Assembly: GCA_950097015.1 (NCBI GenBank)
Contig: CATNEN010000005.1
Span: 4,464,001 to 4,528,000 of the forward strand
Origin: Macrostomum hystrix
Lineage: Eukaryota > Animalia > Platyhelminthes
Length of the DNA stretch: 64,000 nucleotides
Reading direction: 5' to 3'
The translations under genes were made by a program, and so were the position numbers. Positions 10,880 through 23,840 of this stretch are shown piece by piece. Position 1 is the first letter of the stretch, and each line of letters opens with the position of its first letter. The notes below the pieces were generated by a model. The model was not told the DNA's origin. It was given only the letters and a program-made list of their open reading frames with translations, and did not search any database.

Positions 10880-12290
10880 CTTATCTCTCCCGTGTCTTAA
10901 CTCTCCCTGTCTCATCTCTCCCCTGTGTCATCTCTCCCGTGTGTCATCTCTCCCGTGTCTGTTCTCTCCCTGTCTCATCCCTCCCGTGTCTCCTCCCTCC
11001 CGTGTCTCATCTCTCCATGTCTCATCTCCCCCCTGTCTTATCTCACTCTGTTTTACCTCTCCCTGTCTCATATCTTAGGTGTCTCATCCCTCCCGTGTCT
11101 CCTCCCTCCCGTGTCTCATCTCTCCATGTCTCATCTCCCCCCTGTCTTATCTCACTCTGTCTTACCTCTCCCTGTCTCATATCTTCGGTGTCTCATCTCT
11201 CCCGTGTCTCATCTCTGCATGTCTCATCTCTCCCGTCTCTCATCTCTCCAGTGTCTCATCTCTCCCGTGTCTCATCTCTCCCGTGTCTCATCTCTCCCGT
11301 GTCTCATCTCTCCCGTGTCTCATCTCTCCCGTGTCTCATCTCTCCCGTGTCTCATCTCTCCCGTGTCTCATCTCTCCCGTGTCTCATCTCTCCCGTGTCT
11401 CATCTCTCCCGTGCCTCATCTCTCCCGTGTCTGTTCTCTCCCGTATCTCATCTCTCCCGTGTCTCATCTCTCCCGTGTCTCATCTCTCCCGTGTCTTTTC
11501 TCTCCCTGTCTCATCCCTCCCGTGTCTCCTCCCTCCCGTGTCTCATCTCTCCATGTCTCATCTCTCCCGTGTCTCATCTCTCCCGTGTCTCATCTCTGCA
11601 TGTCTCATCTCTCCCGTCTCTCATCTCTCCAGTGTCTCATCTCTCCCGTGTCTCATCTCTCCCGTGTCTCATCTCTCCCGTGTCTCATCTCTCCCGTATC
11701 TCATCTCTCCCGTGTCTCATCTCTCCCGTGTCTCATCTCTCCCGTGTCTCATCTCTCCCGTGTCTCATCTCTCCCGTGCCTCATCTCTCCCGTGTCTGTT
11801 CTCTCCCGTATCTCATCTCTCCCGTGTCTCATCTCTCCCGTGTCTCATCTCTCCCGTGTCTTTTCTCTCCCTGTCTCATCCCTCCCGTGTCTCCTCCCTC
11901 CCGTGTCTCATCTCTCCATGTCTCATCTCTCCCCTGTCTTATCTCACTCTTTCTTACCTCTCACTGTCTCATATCTTCGGTGTATCATCTCTCCCGTCTC
12001 TCATCTCTCCCGTGTCTCATCTCTCCCGTGTCTCATCTCTCCCGTGTCTTATCACTCCCGTCTCTCATCTCTCCAGTGTCTCATCTCTCCCGTGTCTCAT
12101 CTCTCCAGTGTCTTATCTCTCCCTGTCTCACATCTTCGGTGTCTCATCTCTCCCACTGTCTCATCTCACACCTTTCTCAACTCACCCCTGTCTCATCTCT
12201 CCCGTATATCAAATCTACCGCAATCTCATCTCTCCCGTGTATGTTCTCTCCCGTGTCTCATCTCTCTCGCGTCTTATCTTTCCTCAGTTT
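10880..12290. repeat. 16-bp pyrimidine-rich minisatellite (CATCTCTCCCGTGTCT), ~85 copies
   Basis: Direct reading; nephrin intron 7; source of the three SHLSRVSSLPCLI ORFs. Confidence 0.96.
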
Positions 12291-12355
12291 CTGTGCGTCG
12301 CACAAAATTGTTAATTTAGAAATATCTATAAAGCATCTAGTATTCAAGCACTCAC

Positions 12356-13094
12356 TGGGAATATCCAGAGTCAGAAGCTCCTGCTCCATGTGATCAACAA
12401 CATCATACTCGATGAATCCGCCGTTCGACGGTGCATTGCTGCCGCCGGCAGAGAAACGCGACGACGACGACCCAGCTTTCCTACAGCCGACTCGAAAGGT
12501 TTGCCTCGAGCCGCCATTGTGCCCGGGTCGCCAGGTTACTAAGGCTGAGTTGGCAGTCAAATTGAAGACGTAGAATACTGACGGTGGATCTGGCGGAGAT
12601 TGTTTAGTCACGTGAATCGATGCGGCTGCAGCCGGGTAAAGAGTCGGCAGCGACTCGCTGGTCTGGGTGCAGTTGCTGCATTCAACTGCGCACCGATAGA
12701 CACCCAGATCGTCTGGCAGTAGCACTGGAGAAATGCTCAAACGCCAGCGAGTGTACAATGCATCCGACAGGTTCGTGTGCCACATGCGGGCGCGTCGCTT
12801 TTCGAAAGTTGTCAATGGCGTGAAGTCGTTGTCGCCGCTGGATCGTCGCTTCGACCAGACTACTCGTACAGGCGGCACGCCGGCCGCTGTACAGGCCAGG
12901 GTGGCGTTGCTGTCGTCAGAAACAGCTGCCCGATTGTTCATGTGCTCGGCGTTGATCCGTGGCGGCTCTAGCGCCGGGTACAGGCGCAGCGTCCGGGTGT
13001 GCGGCTGACCGACTCCATTGTGCACCGACAAGCGATACTCGCCCATGTTGGACTCGGTCAGGTTCAGCAGCAGTAGGAAGAATTTGGCCTCCTT
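12356..13094 (-). CDS. NPHS1: Nephrin-like gene exon 7: end of Ig7, Ig8, FN3
   Basis: Acceptor CCCCATCCTCGCAG, phase 0; donor A|GTGAGT at 12355, phase 1. ATLACTAAGVPPVRVVW and PPDPP..LTANSALVTWRPGHNGGSRQTF resemble nephrin Ig8 and FN3. Confidence 0.9.
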
Positions 13095-13129
13095 CTGCGA
13101 GGATGGGGGCAGGATGCGGTGTGTGCTGC

Positions 13130-13340
13130 CAGATCACATTCCCAGATCCCATTCCCAATCCCAGGTCAAATTCCCGATTCCAGATCCCATTCATCTTAGA
13201 TCCCAATGGCAATCTTAGATCCCATTCCCAATCCCAGATCACATTCCCGATCTTAGATCCCATTCCCAAATCCCGAATACCATTATCATTGCCACTCCCA
13301 GATCCCGTTCTAGGAATACGATCCCAATTCCTAATAATTT
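13130..13340. repeat. Degenerate GATCCCATTCCCAATCCCA-type repeat
   Basis: Direct reading; resembles the reverse complement of the 15-bp array at 41778-42978. Confidence 0.6.
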
Positions 13341-13359
13341 CCCACTTCCTAGTAAGATC

Positions 13360-13445
13360 CTGTGGCTGAGTTGCGGAGCGGTCTTACGCGTTTGCTTCTC
13401 GCACCGAGGTCCTGAGCTCGATTTCGCGGAGAGGCCACATTTTTT
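13360..13445 (+). mobile_element. Isolated tRNA-like head of SINE family A
   Basis: GCTTCTCGCACCGAGGTCCTGAGCTCGATTTCGCGGAGAGGCCACATTTT aligns with the head of the 38843-39163 copy. Confidence 0.6.
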
Positions 13446-14019
13446 CCGGGCAAAGTCGCAGACAGGATCGAACCTCTGACTATCTTACTCCAATAAACTA
13501 AGCTAAATAAAGCCAACTTGCTACAAAAAATGCAATTCGAAGCATCATGTTTTGTTTCCAAGAAAGCTTTCAAAAGAGTCCCACTTTCTTATTAATGTAA
13601 CCGAAATTGAATTAAGTCTCAGTTCTCAGAATCATTCTTGACCCTCAGATTGGCAATATCTGATCCAATAATAATGCACACTTCACTCAGTTCCATGAGT
13701 ATAGCCGTTTTGAAATTTGAGCTGTTGGTCTAGTCGCGGATTTTGATGGCTGGGTCAATACAGTCTTCATTTCATTTTTTCAATGCTTGAATACTTCTAA
13801 ATCATACTAGCCTCAAATTACCATCTCTAGACTGCTTGAAGTGCCTATATTGGATTGGGAGAACCTGTTTCTGTATTCAGCAGTTTTTTTAACTTCCCCG
13901 ATTTCCTGCTCAATTGGTACTTCTCAGTCGATACTCTTGGCTAGGTTTCTTAAACTTATTTTGAAGCAAAATGACGCCTCTGAAAGTGATCGATGACGTC
14001 ACAAGCAATGCCTGCACTA

Positions 14020-14310
14020 AAAGTCCCTGCGCTCGATTCCGCGTCGATACATTTGGGGCGCAGCCGCGGAGAGAAGATTTGGGGGCTTGTCGTGCCATTT
14101 ACGCCAAACTCCAAGGCACAGTGAGAGTGTACACTACCTGACGATGAGAAAGTCAGGGCGTACGGATTTACACACCTGTGTGAGTCTGTGCCTGAGTATG
14201 GTATGTGTGTGTGTGCTCAGGAGTCAGCGGAATTGCCTCCTCGCTGTCTGCGGGTCTAGTGTCACCAAATGATGTGCCATTGCCCGCAGCCTTCCTGTAA
14301 TTATTAATAT
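14020..14310 (+). mobile_element. SINE family A copy
   Basis: Same body as the other family A copies, ending CCCGCAGCCTTCCTGTAATTATT. A CORE-SINE fragment (GTTCAGTCCATGGACT) follows at ~14350-14390. Confidence 0.85.
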
Positions 14311-14462
14311 ACTGAAACAACTTTTCGTGATGGACCTGTGCCTGTGTACTGGGGTTCAGTCCATGGACTGTCGTGGCCGCCCCACCCATCGAAATTGGTG
14401 ACACAGCTAATAACGTATCTATGTTACTCCCAAACTCTCGAAAACACTGCAGGATAACTCAC

Positions 14463-15472
14463 AATGACGGTGCCATCGGTTCGGGTGCTGCTGCAGCCAA
14501 CAGTGAAGCCCTCTCTGTGCTCGTGACAGCCCAGCTGCAGGATTGCGCCATTGTCGAACGCCTCCGGACCGCCGCGAGTTCTACGCCGTCTGATCGGAAT
14601 GTCCCAGCGAGCACTGCTTCCCAGGCTGTTCAGGACGATCGGAGATCCCTCGACGATCGCTTCGATCTTTGCTGACCAGGTGCTTCTCTGACGATTTCTA
14701 ACAAAATAGGTACGATCGTCTAGGTGCGTCGACTCGCCAAGCACGTCGATGTGGGTGATGCGTAGTGGCATTCGGACAAACACTTCGAAACTGTGACTGC
14801 CGAGGCCCAGCTCATTGCTAGCCTCCAATGAGTATCGTCCGGCGTCTTCTGTCGACAGTCGTTCAAAGATCAACGAGCCGTCGGAGTAGCGAACCTTCTC
14901 GCTGCGTTTTCTACCGCCTACTCCGCTGGTCACAAGCGGCGAGCTTAGCTGATAGACTTGCACAGATTCAGGTGTGAGTGCTGGATTTGAGCGAATGATC
15001 ACCGAGCGAGCCTCTGTGCTGTCCTGCATCACGGTAACATCGCGACCAAGTCCGTAGATCACAGGCTGGTGCCTAACGTGCAGTGTGGTCATTGCCCTAG
15101 TGACAACACCTGGGAATTCCGGATTGTTGGCCAGACAGAACAGAATAGCCAAATTGTGCTTTGCAGTCAGTCGAAACCGTACGAGGCTCTGCCCGTCGAA
15201 GCCTTCGTGATCAATGCTGGGTCGGTGCTTGAGATCCATCTGGTCCGGTTTGAGCTCCTCTCGATCGGGATCTTGTACTTTGCATTGGGTCCCTTCGATG
15301 TGAAAGCAATAGGCTATTTGCCAGGTAAAAAGCATCTTCGGATTGGACCCATTTCCCTGGCATGTCGCTTGCAGCTGGTCGTTCTCATAGAAAGCTGCGT
15401 CGGCTGCCAGAGCATTGTAGCGCTTCATTGGGACACTCTTGAAGGTCAGCCGCGGCTTGTCGATTGGAGGAA
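14463..15472 (-). CDS. NPHS1: Nephrin-like gene exon 6: Ig5, Ig6, most of Ig7
   Basis: Acceptor CTGCTTCCAG (phase 1), donor ATT|GTGAGT at 14462 (phase 0). Motifs ATCQGNGSNPKMLFTW and DGSLIFERLSTEDAGRYSLEASN. Confidence 0.9.
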
Positions 15473-15654
15473 CTGGAAGCAGTTTGCAAGTCTTGTACAT
15501 TTATTCGAATGACAGCCGCAGCTATTGTGTCTGTGTACCACACTTGTTCAACTTTTTAGCCTAGGTAATTAAGGTACCCATTTTACTGCTTGGTGAAGTA
15601 GAGCCCATTATTGAATCAAATGTCTCACTATCTATATAATATATACACACAAGC

Positions 15655-15710
15655 CTGAAATAAAAATGTGGCCTCGCCGTGGATTCGAGCTTTGGAACTG
15701 GCTCAATCCA
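15655..15710 (-). mobile_element. Fragment of SINE family A head
   Basis: AAAATGTGGCCTCGCCGTGGATTCGAGC is near-identical to 39089-39118. Confidence 0.6.
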
Positions 15711-16319
15711 GCCAAAAAGCACACTATTTTCTTTCGTCGTCGTCTTCACTTACAGAACACGTCCAGTTTAATCTTGTCGCTTTCGTTGTACCTAGGTATT
15801 GTTGGCGTCTCAGCTCGGCAGCTAAATATAAACAAGTTTGATTGATTGATATTTTAGGATAGATTTGTCTGTTCAGATAAGATAATGGCGCATTGACCAA
15901 AGCTTACAATATAACTTTGTTATAATCGGCTCGAGTGACATTGATTTGAAGAACCGATCGAACACTGGATCCGATTTGAGTTCGATCAATGTGCGCCATG
16001 GGCTGTACTCGGATCTGTTCGTTATCTGTGGAAAATTTGTTATTTTTTGACACGTGAAAAATGATAGGCACAACTAGCTAAGTAACTATTTAGTCTCAAA
16101 GCAACAAGGTCCGTGCTCACCTAGGTACCAGGTGATAGAAGGCATGGGCGCTGCGCCATGACATAAACAGGTGAATTCCGAAATCTCGTTAGCCCTGATT
16201 CGCGTAGGTGCCGTTATGCGTAACTCTTTGGCTGGAACTGCATTTGCAAGGCGGTTTGAGAATCATTTCAGTCATTTCTGTCCGCATATGGCAACTCAAT
16301 CCATATCCAAGAGATAAAA

Positions 16320-16970
16320 GTCTCTTCTTTGTCTCCTCTCTCCCGCGTCCCATCTCTCCCGTGTCTGTTCTCTCTCGTGTCTGATCTCTCCCGTGTCTTA
16401 TCTCTTCCGTGTCTCACCTCTCCCTGCCTCACCTCTCCCGTGTCTCATCATTCCCCTGTATCGTTTCTCCCGTGGCTCATCTCTCCCACTGTCTCATCTC
16501 TCCCGTGTCTCATCTCTCCCGTGTCTCATCTCTTCTGTGTCTCATCTCTCCCGTGTCTTATCTCTCGCGTGTCTCATCTCTCCCGTGTCTCATCTCTCCC
16601 GTGTCTCATCTCTCCCGTGTCTCATCTCTCCCGTGTCTCATCTCTCCCGTGTCTCATCTCTCCCGTGTCTCATCTCTCCCGTGTCTGTTCTCTCCCGTGT
16701 CTCATCTCTCCCGTGTCTCAACTCTCCCGTGTCTCATCTCTCTCGTGTCTCATCTCTCCCGTGTCTCATCTCTCCCGTGTCTCATCACTCCCGTCTCTCA
16801 TCTCTCCAGTGTCTCATCTCTCCCGTGTCTGTTCTCTCCCGTGTCTCATCTCTCCCGTGTCTCAACTCTCCCGTGTCTCATCTCTCTCGTGTCTCATCTC
16901 TCTCGTGTCTCATCTCTCCCGTGTCTCATCTCTCCCGTGTCTTAAATCTCCCGCAATCTCATCTCTCCAT
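16320..16970. repeat. 16-bp minisatellite (CATCTCTCCCGTGTCT), second locus
   Basis: Same unit as 10880-12290; nephrin intron 5. Confidence 0.95.
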
Positions 16971-17047
16971 AGCCATTGCGGCCCGCTGCGGTCTTTTGGA
17001 TTTCCTCTTTGGCCCGTGAGGTCTGATATCGCACAGTGAGCACTCAC

Positions 17048-17377
17048 TGTGCTCATGCAGTCTCAAACTGCTCTGCAGCCTATCGCCGAAGCGATTCGCG
17101 ACGGCGCACCGAATGTCGCGATTTCGATTTCTATCGGCAGAGAACACGAAAGAATAATTGGACAGAATGTATTGCTCTAGAAGTTGGCCGGAATACTCTT
17201 TCGCTGGCATGGCCAAATTTCTAAACATTTCTTCGCCGTCCAGATACCAGATGACCGTCAAGTTGTCGTGATACGGCCCACTGCGGCACTGGAAATTCAC
17301 TTGTTCACCGTCGCGAATGTACACTTTATCCGTAACTAACTGGTTGTCGAGGTACATGAACAGTCGATCCGGCGTAA
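17048..17377 (-). CDS. NPHS1: Nephrin-like gene exon 5: Ig4
   Basis: Acceptor ATCATTCGCAG, donor A|GTGAGT at 17047, phase 1-1, 330 nt. VNFQC...VIWYLDG...IRCAVAN. Confidence 0.9.
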
Positions 17378-17614
17378 CTGCGAATGATTTATAAATTTAA
17401 GGATTCACCAATTGAAACCTGATTGGCCGAGCGGAATTCACTAGTTTTTGTACTATTTTTAGAAACATCAACAGTAGACTTATGGGAATTCCCGGCATGC
17501 AACTAGAACAGAACATGGTTAACTATCAACATTAAAAAGACCAATTAGATCGCAGAATAAAAAATAGATGGACGGCAAGGTAGATCTAATTAGCAACTAA
17601 CAGGTGCAACTCAC

Positions 17615-17917
17615 AGCTGACATTCACCATGACGACAGCACTGTCCGGCTTCTCCATGGCGATGTTGCTAGACTCGCAGGCGAACAATGCCAGATGGTCC
17701 TGCGAATCAACCGTCAGGCCGATGATGTTGACCAGCCTGGCGTCAATCAGCTGATGAGTTGCCGACACGATCGACCATTCGGTCTCTGTGCGTCGTTTTC
17801 GTTTCCATAGCAACTGGCCAGTCGGAATTCCCGGCAGGGCAGAGCAGGTGAGCTCGAGTCGCGAACCCGATCGGTAAGTGTACCTCAGCTGGCCGATTGA
17901 CGGGGCGCCGACTCGTT
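17615..17917 (-). CDS. NPHS1: Nephrin-like gene exon 4: Ig3
   Basis: Acceptor TTTCCCAACAAG, donor T|GTGAGT at 17614, phase 1-1, 303 nt. GSRLELTCSALPGIPTGQLLW...DHLALFACESSN resembles nephrin Ig3. Confidence 0.88.
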
Positions 17918-18277
17918 CTTGTTGGGAAATTGTTAAAATTAAATTAACAATGATTTTTTACTGTGATAAATTAATTTAAGTTCCAAATATAATTTTTAAA
18001 TGGTAGAAAACTAATAAAAATACAATCGACAACATTTTGTAAACAATGTTTCTCGTGTCACTATAGTAGCATCGTAGCAGTAGCATGTTTCAGCAGTACA
18101 TTAGCATATAATTAACTTATTTCACAAAATACTAATGCATTGTTTCTTCTTCCGTCAATCTAACAAGCCTTTAGAAACTACGAAGATATTTTACTTCATC
18201 GGTAAAAGCGATATAATTTTTTAACGATGCCATACCTGCCTCGAGTAAATCATGAAAACAATTTTTATTAGGACATT

Positions 18278-18560
18278 GTAGCCTTGTTGTTAGAGAGCGT
18301 CGGGCTCACGACTTGAAGGTCCGGGGTTCGATTCTCGACTCTACTGCAACAATTTGTGTCCTGTAGAAAGACACTTAACTCTGCACTGCTTCAGTTCACC
18401 CAGCTGTTAAATGGGTAACAGCATTAGCTAGGATGATTGAGGGTGGGTGTGGCGTCCCCCCAGTCCATGGACTGAACAGCCGTACGCAGCCTACAGATGC
18501 GCCGCGCAATAGCTGCGGCTGTGCTGACTCAAGTGTTTCAGGTGTAATCAATAAATCAAT
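18278..18560 (+). mobile_element. tRNA-derived CORE-type SINE (family B)
   Basis: tRNA-like head with B-box GGTTCGATTC, followed by TGTGTCCTGTAGAAAGACACTTAACTCTGCACTGCTTCAGTTCACCCAGCTGTTAAATGGG, which resembles the CORE domain consensus. Second copy at 23565-23840. Confidence 0.8.
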
Positions 18561-19089
18561 AATAGTTATTTTTTTATTATAATTTATAGTTTTTTATTAA
18601 TTTATTGATATGTCATGGGATATCAGATAGTTTGTGAAACCTTTCACGTTAATTTTAAGTAATTTTTTTCTTTCTTATGCTGATAACTGTTTATTAACAG
18701 AGAACAAAGAAATTTAATTCGACAAAAGTCCAACATATATCTGTTTAACCCTGCGAAAAAATCTAGATAGTTGAGAGTCTGTCGAGAAGGGATGGTTGGA
18801 AAATAGTTCTCACAATTATTTTCACGAAGCCGCCAACCTGTTCGCGGTCCTAATCATATCTGATCATCGATTTACATCACCGCATTGATTTGGACTTTGG
18901 CCATGCTTTTGGTGTGCGACGTAGGAAAATAAATGAGTAGAAAATGAATAGCGGAGGCGGCGTAGGGGTGGTTTGTCATCGGATCCAGCTCAGGTGAGTT
19001 ACGGATTGCCTAACATTTTTTGTACTTTTATAATGAAGAGAATTTTTATTTTCTACGACTACTAATGACAATATTCATCTAAAAAATCT

Positions 19090-19640
19090 CTGACAAACTC
19101 ACTCATGAACTCAAATCATGAACTAAGTCACGAACTCATCATGAACTCACTCACGAACTCACTCATGAACTCACTCATGAACTCACTCATGAACTCACTC
19201 ATGAACTCAAATCATGAACTAAGTCACGAACTCATCATGAACTCACTCACGAACTCACTCATGAACTCACTCATGAACTCACTCATGAACTCATCATGAA
19301 CTCATCATGAACTCATCATGAACTCATCATGAACTCATCATGAACTCATCATGAACTCATCATGAACTCATCATGAACTCATCATGAACTCATCATGAAC
19401 TCATCATGAACTCATCATGAACTCATCATGAACTCATCATGAACTCATCATGAACTCATCATGAACTCATCATGAACTCATCATGAACTCATCATGAACT
19501 CATCATGAACTCACTCATAAACTCACTCATGAACTCACTCATGAACTCATCATGAACTCAACTCTTAAACTCATAAGGAACTCACTCATGACCTCAAATC
19601 ATGAACTCACTCATGAACTCATCATGAACTCACTGAACAT
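19090..19640. repeat. 11/12-bp minisatellite (ATGAACTCATC / ATGAACTCACTC)
   Basis: Direct reading; nephrin intron 3. Confidence 0.95.
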
Positions 19641-20077
19641 AAATCCTGCAAAACCTACTCAAACTGAGCTAGAAATTAAACAGAATTCTAGACTGTTTTC
19701 TCGCCTCTCGTTATTGTATCAAAATATGCTGGGGCACAATTTGTCAAGATTTGGCGCCTATGTAAACGAAAGGTCCGTCAAATCGAGTCAAAGACTCAGA
19801 TAGATCTTATAGATCTACAAAAATAACTACTAGTTTATCTTGTTCAACAAAATAAATGAAACCCACCAACTGCTCACTGTCTCACTGACTCACGCTCGTA
19901 TTTATAGTTGGATTTTATGCACATTGATTTTTTAATCTAGATCTATAGATTTTCTGATATGGATCTATAGACTTGGATGATATGATGATATTATCTATAG
20001 GTTTTAGTGCCTTATCTATAGACCTGGCATTAATTTAGACTAGACTTTGCACGGAATATCAACCGGTTAAGTCTCAC

Positions 20078-20431
20078 CATAGACTAGCAGTGTGAGACTG
20101 TCAGATGGCTGTCTTATTCTTGTATCCGGGTCAGACCTGGCCATAACATCCAAGGCCTCGTTGTGGGCCCTACAGTCTAGTCGGCTGCCATTAACAACGT
20201 CGTGCTTCTCCGGTATGAGGGTCAGTCTAGAGACGTAACGCCGTATCTTCGACGACGTCTGCGACTCCCTGGTGATGTACGCGTTGCTAATAGGCAGTTC
20301 GTCCAGGTGCCAGCTGAGATGGACGCCAGGAAAGCCTTCGTTGCATTCGCACGCCACTTGAACCGGATGTGACAGATTGGTGATTGACAGCTGCCGGATT
20401 CCAGAATTAATGACCGGCTTCATTGGTGGAA
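20078..20431 (-). CDS. NPHS1: Nephrin-like gene exon 3: Ig2
   Basis: Acceptor TTTTTTCAATTCGCAG, donor G|GTGAGA at 20077, phase 1-1, 354 nt. VACECNEGFPGVHLSW...LDCRAHNEAL. Confidence 0.9.
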
Positions 20432-20499
20432 CTGCGAATTGAAAAAATTAGGATTGGCTTTTGTTCTAACACGTTATACAGAATATCAGGAATACTTGT

Positions 20500-21790
20500 T
20501 GTCATGTCTATCAGGATTGTGTCATGTCTAACAGGATAGTGTCATGTCTAACAGGATAGTGTCATGTCTAACAATATAGTGTCATGTCTAACAGGATAGT
20601 GTCATGTCTAACAGGATAGTGTCATGTCTAACAGGATAGTGTCATGTCTAACAGGATAGTGTCATGTCTAACAAGATAGTGTCATGTCTAACAGGATAGT
20701 GTCATGTGTAACAGGATAGTGTCATGTCTAACAAGATAGTGTCATGTCTAACAGGATAGTGTCATGTGTAACAGGATAGTGTCATGTCTAACAGGATAGT
20801 GTCATGTCTAACAGGATAGTGTCATGTCTAACAGGATAGTGTCATGTCTAACAGGATAGTGTCATGTCTAACAGGATTGTGTCATGTCTAACAGGATTGT
20901 GTCATGTCTAACAGGATAGTGTCATGTCTAACAAGATAGTGTCATGTCTAACAGGATAGTGTCATGTGTAACAGGATAGTGTCATGTCTAACAAAATAGT
21001 GTCATGTCTAACAAGATAGTGTCATGTCTAACAAGATAGTGTCATGTCTAACAAGATAGTGTCATGTCTAACAAGATAGTGTCATGTCTAACAGGATTGT
21101 GTCATGTCTAACAGGATAGTGTCATGTCTAACAGGATAGTGTCATGTCTAACAGGATAGTGTCATGTCTAACAGGATAGTGTCATGTCTAACAGGATAGT
21201 GTCATGTCTAACAGGATAGTGTCATGTGTAACAGCATAGTGTCATGTCTAACAAGATAGTGTCATGTCTAACAGGATAGTGTCATGTGTAACAGGATAGT
21301 GTCATGTCTAACAGGATAGTGTCATGTCTAACAGGATAGTGTCATGTCTAACAGGATTGTGTCATGTCTAACAGGATTGTGTCATGTCTAACAGGATAGT
21401 GTCATGTCTAACAGGATAGTTTCATGTCTAACAGGATAGTGTCATGTCTAACAGGATAGTGTCATGTCTAACAGGATAGTGTCATGTCTAACAGGATAGT
21501 GTCATGTCTAACAGGATATTGCTATGTCTGACAAGATAGTGTCATGTCTAACAGGATAGTGTCATGTCTAACAAGATAGTGTCATGTCTAACAGGATAGT
21601 GTCATGTCTAACTAGATAGTGTCATGTCTAACAGGATATTGCTATGCCTGACAGGATACACATATTTCTTACAGGACACACACTCATATCTAACAGGACA
21701 CACACTGATATCTAACAGGACACACACTGATATCTAACAGGACACACACTCATATCTAACAGGACACACTCATATCTAACAGAACCCATT
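20500..21790. repeat. 20-bp minisatellite (GTCATGTCTAACAGGATAGT), ~57 copies plus 22-bp variants at the right end
   Basis: Direct reading; nephrin intron 2. Confidence 0.97.
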
Positions 21791-22499
21791 AAAAGCAGGA
21801 CTAACCGGTTCATTTTAAACAATAGCCACATCGATTGGCCATATAGAAGCTTCTATTATCAACGGGCCCTGAATGAGAGTGCACTAAATGAGAAAATTCA
21901 AAACAAGAATAAATCAGAGAAACGAATGCTCAGTTCAGGCCGCCTGATAATGCAAGGATTTCTCGGCAAACAACTTGTTAAACAAGTCCCCCTGGTCCTC
22001 CAATCAAGCGCTGCTGTCCTTCTAATGACGCATGCGACTGAAGACGTCGGACAAATTCACTTGGAGTCTGCTAGCCAGACTGAGACCCAAATCCGAGTTT
22101 TTTTACCAAATTCTTCTCCAGCCTATAAGGATTTATTGATTTTTCATTTTGTGGGCCTACCGCCTGTTCGTTACTTCCTTAATTCGCGTTTCGCTTGTCC
22201 CCTTATTTGGTCTCATTATCTTCATCAGGGGTAGGGTGAGCAAGAGTTGAGTTTGAGTTGAGTCTAGTTGAGAACGCCGCCAAAGCTGGATGCATGGTTG
22301 TGCAATTTTTTGGTCAATTTTTTTCTGTAAAGAAAACTGCCCCTTAGGGAATTCGACTCTTGGACTAACTTGGTTCGATTTGCGAGCTGTTTTTTGCTTG
22401 TTCTTTTCTGCTTCTTTGATTTTGTCTTTTAGTTGGCCAGTTGTGAGAACTGAAATTTATTTCCTGATTTTTTTCATAAATAACCATTTTTAACCAATC

Positions 22500-23222
22500 G
22501 AAATCATGTCTAACAGGTAAGACAGGTGTAACAGGTGATACTCCTGTCTCTAGCGGGTGACACTCATGTCTCTAACGGGTGACACTCATGGCTCTAACGG
22601 GTGACACTCATGTCTCTAACGGGTGACACTCATGTCTCTAACGGGTGACACTCCTGTCTAACAGGTAACGCTCCTGTCTAACAGGTAACGCTCCTGTCTA
22701 ACAGGTGACACTCATGTCTAACAGGTGACACTTCTGTCTAACAGGGGTTAGTGACACTTCTGTCTAACAGGTGACACTTCTGTCTAACAGGTGACACTTC
22801 TGTCTAACAGGTGACACTTCTGTCTAACAGGGGTTAGTGACACTTCTGTCTAACAGGTGACACTTCTGTCTAACAGGTGACACTTCTGTCTAACAGGTGA
22901 CACTCCTGACTAACAGGTAACGCTCCTGTCTAACAGGTGACACTCCTGTCTAACAGGTGACACTCCTGTCTAACAGATGACACTCCTGTCTAACAGGTAA
23001 CGCTCCTGTCTAACAGGTGACACTCATGTCTAACAGGTGACACTTCTGTCTAACAGGGGTTAGTGACACTTCTGTCTAACAGGTGACACTTCTGTCTAAC
23101 AGGTGACACTCCTGACTAACAGGTAACGCTCCTGTCTAACAGGTGACACTCCTGTCTAACAGATGACACTCCTGTCTAACAGGGAACGCTCCTGTCTAAC
23201 AGGTGACACTTCTGTCTAACAA
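22500..23222. repeat. 20-bp minisatellite (CTGTCTAACAGGTGACACTY), relative of the 20500 array
   Basis: Direct reading; shares TGTCTAACAGG core. Confidence 0.93.
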
Positions 23223-23564
23223 GCTATTCAACAATCCAAATTCTCCTTTATTTCATCTCTTGAAAGGAATATACGAAAAAAGAACTTTTCTTTTATTCAA
23301 ACAGAAATTTGTCCAGTGTAGCCTTTTTTGTTAAAGAGCACTTCTTTTGTTAAATTGACGAATCCAAGATTCTCACAAGCAGTAGCTTGAGTCTTATTAT
23401 TTTCTGCTTTTAGTCAAAGACGCATGCTTCATGAATTTCAAAGGCTATACCTGATGATGGACAGGTCTATAGAAGTTTGCCTGAAGGCCAAATGTAGTGA
23501 TACCTGGCCTAAATTTTGTGTTTCAAATAAAGCCTTCCTTTTATTAAAGAATTTTATCAAGGCA

Positions 23565-23840
23565 TATGCACGTGTAATGCAGCCGACATCACAGCCGCAG
23601 CTAATACGCGGCGCATCTGAGGGCTGCGTACGGCTGTTCAGTCCATGGACTGGGGGGACGCCACACCCACCCTCAATAATCCTAGCTAATGCTGTTACCC
23701 ATTTAACAGCTGGGTAAACTAAAGCAAGCAAAGCTAATTGTCTTGCTAAAAATACAGAAATTGCTCCAGTAGAGTCAAGAATCGAACCCCCGACCTTCAA
23801 GTTGCGAGTCCAACTCTCTAACCACTAAGCCACAACCCAT
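23565..23840 (-). mobile_element. tRNA-derived CORE-type SINE (family B), inverted copy
   Basis: Reverse complement of 18278-18560 (GGCTGTTCAGTCCATGGACTGGGGGGACGCCACACCCACCCTCAAT...CCCATTTAACAGCTGGGT...GAATCGAACCCC). Confidence 0.8.

Noticed and set aside
18860-18950. Plus-strand peptide YLIIDLHHRIDLDFGHAFG resembling the DNA-PK kinase DFG motif, with a nearby CAG|GTGAGT
   Set aside because: The frame is bounded by stops within ~30 codons, there is no upstream DRH motif and no other kinase exons; most likely chance.
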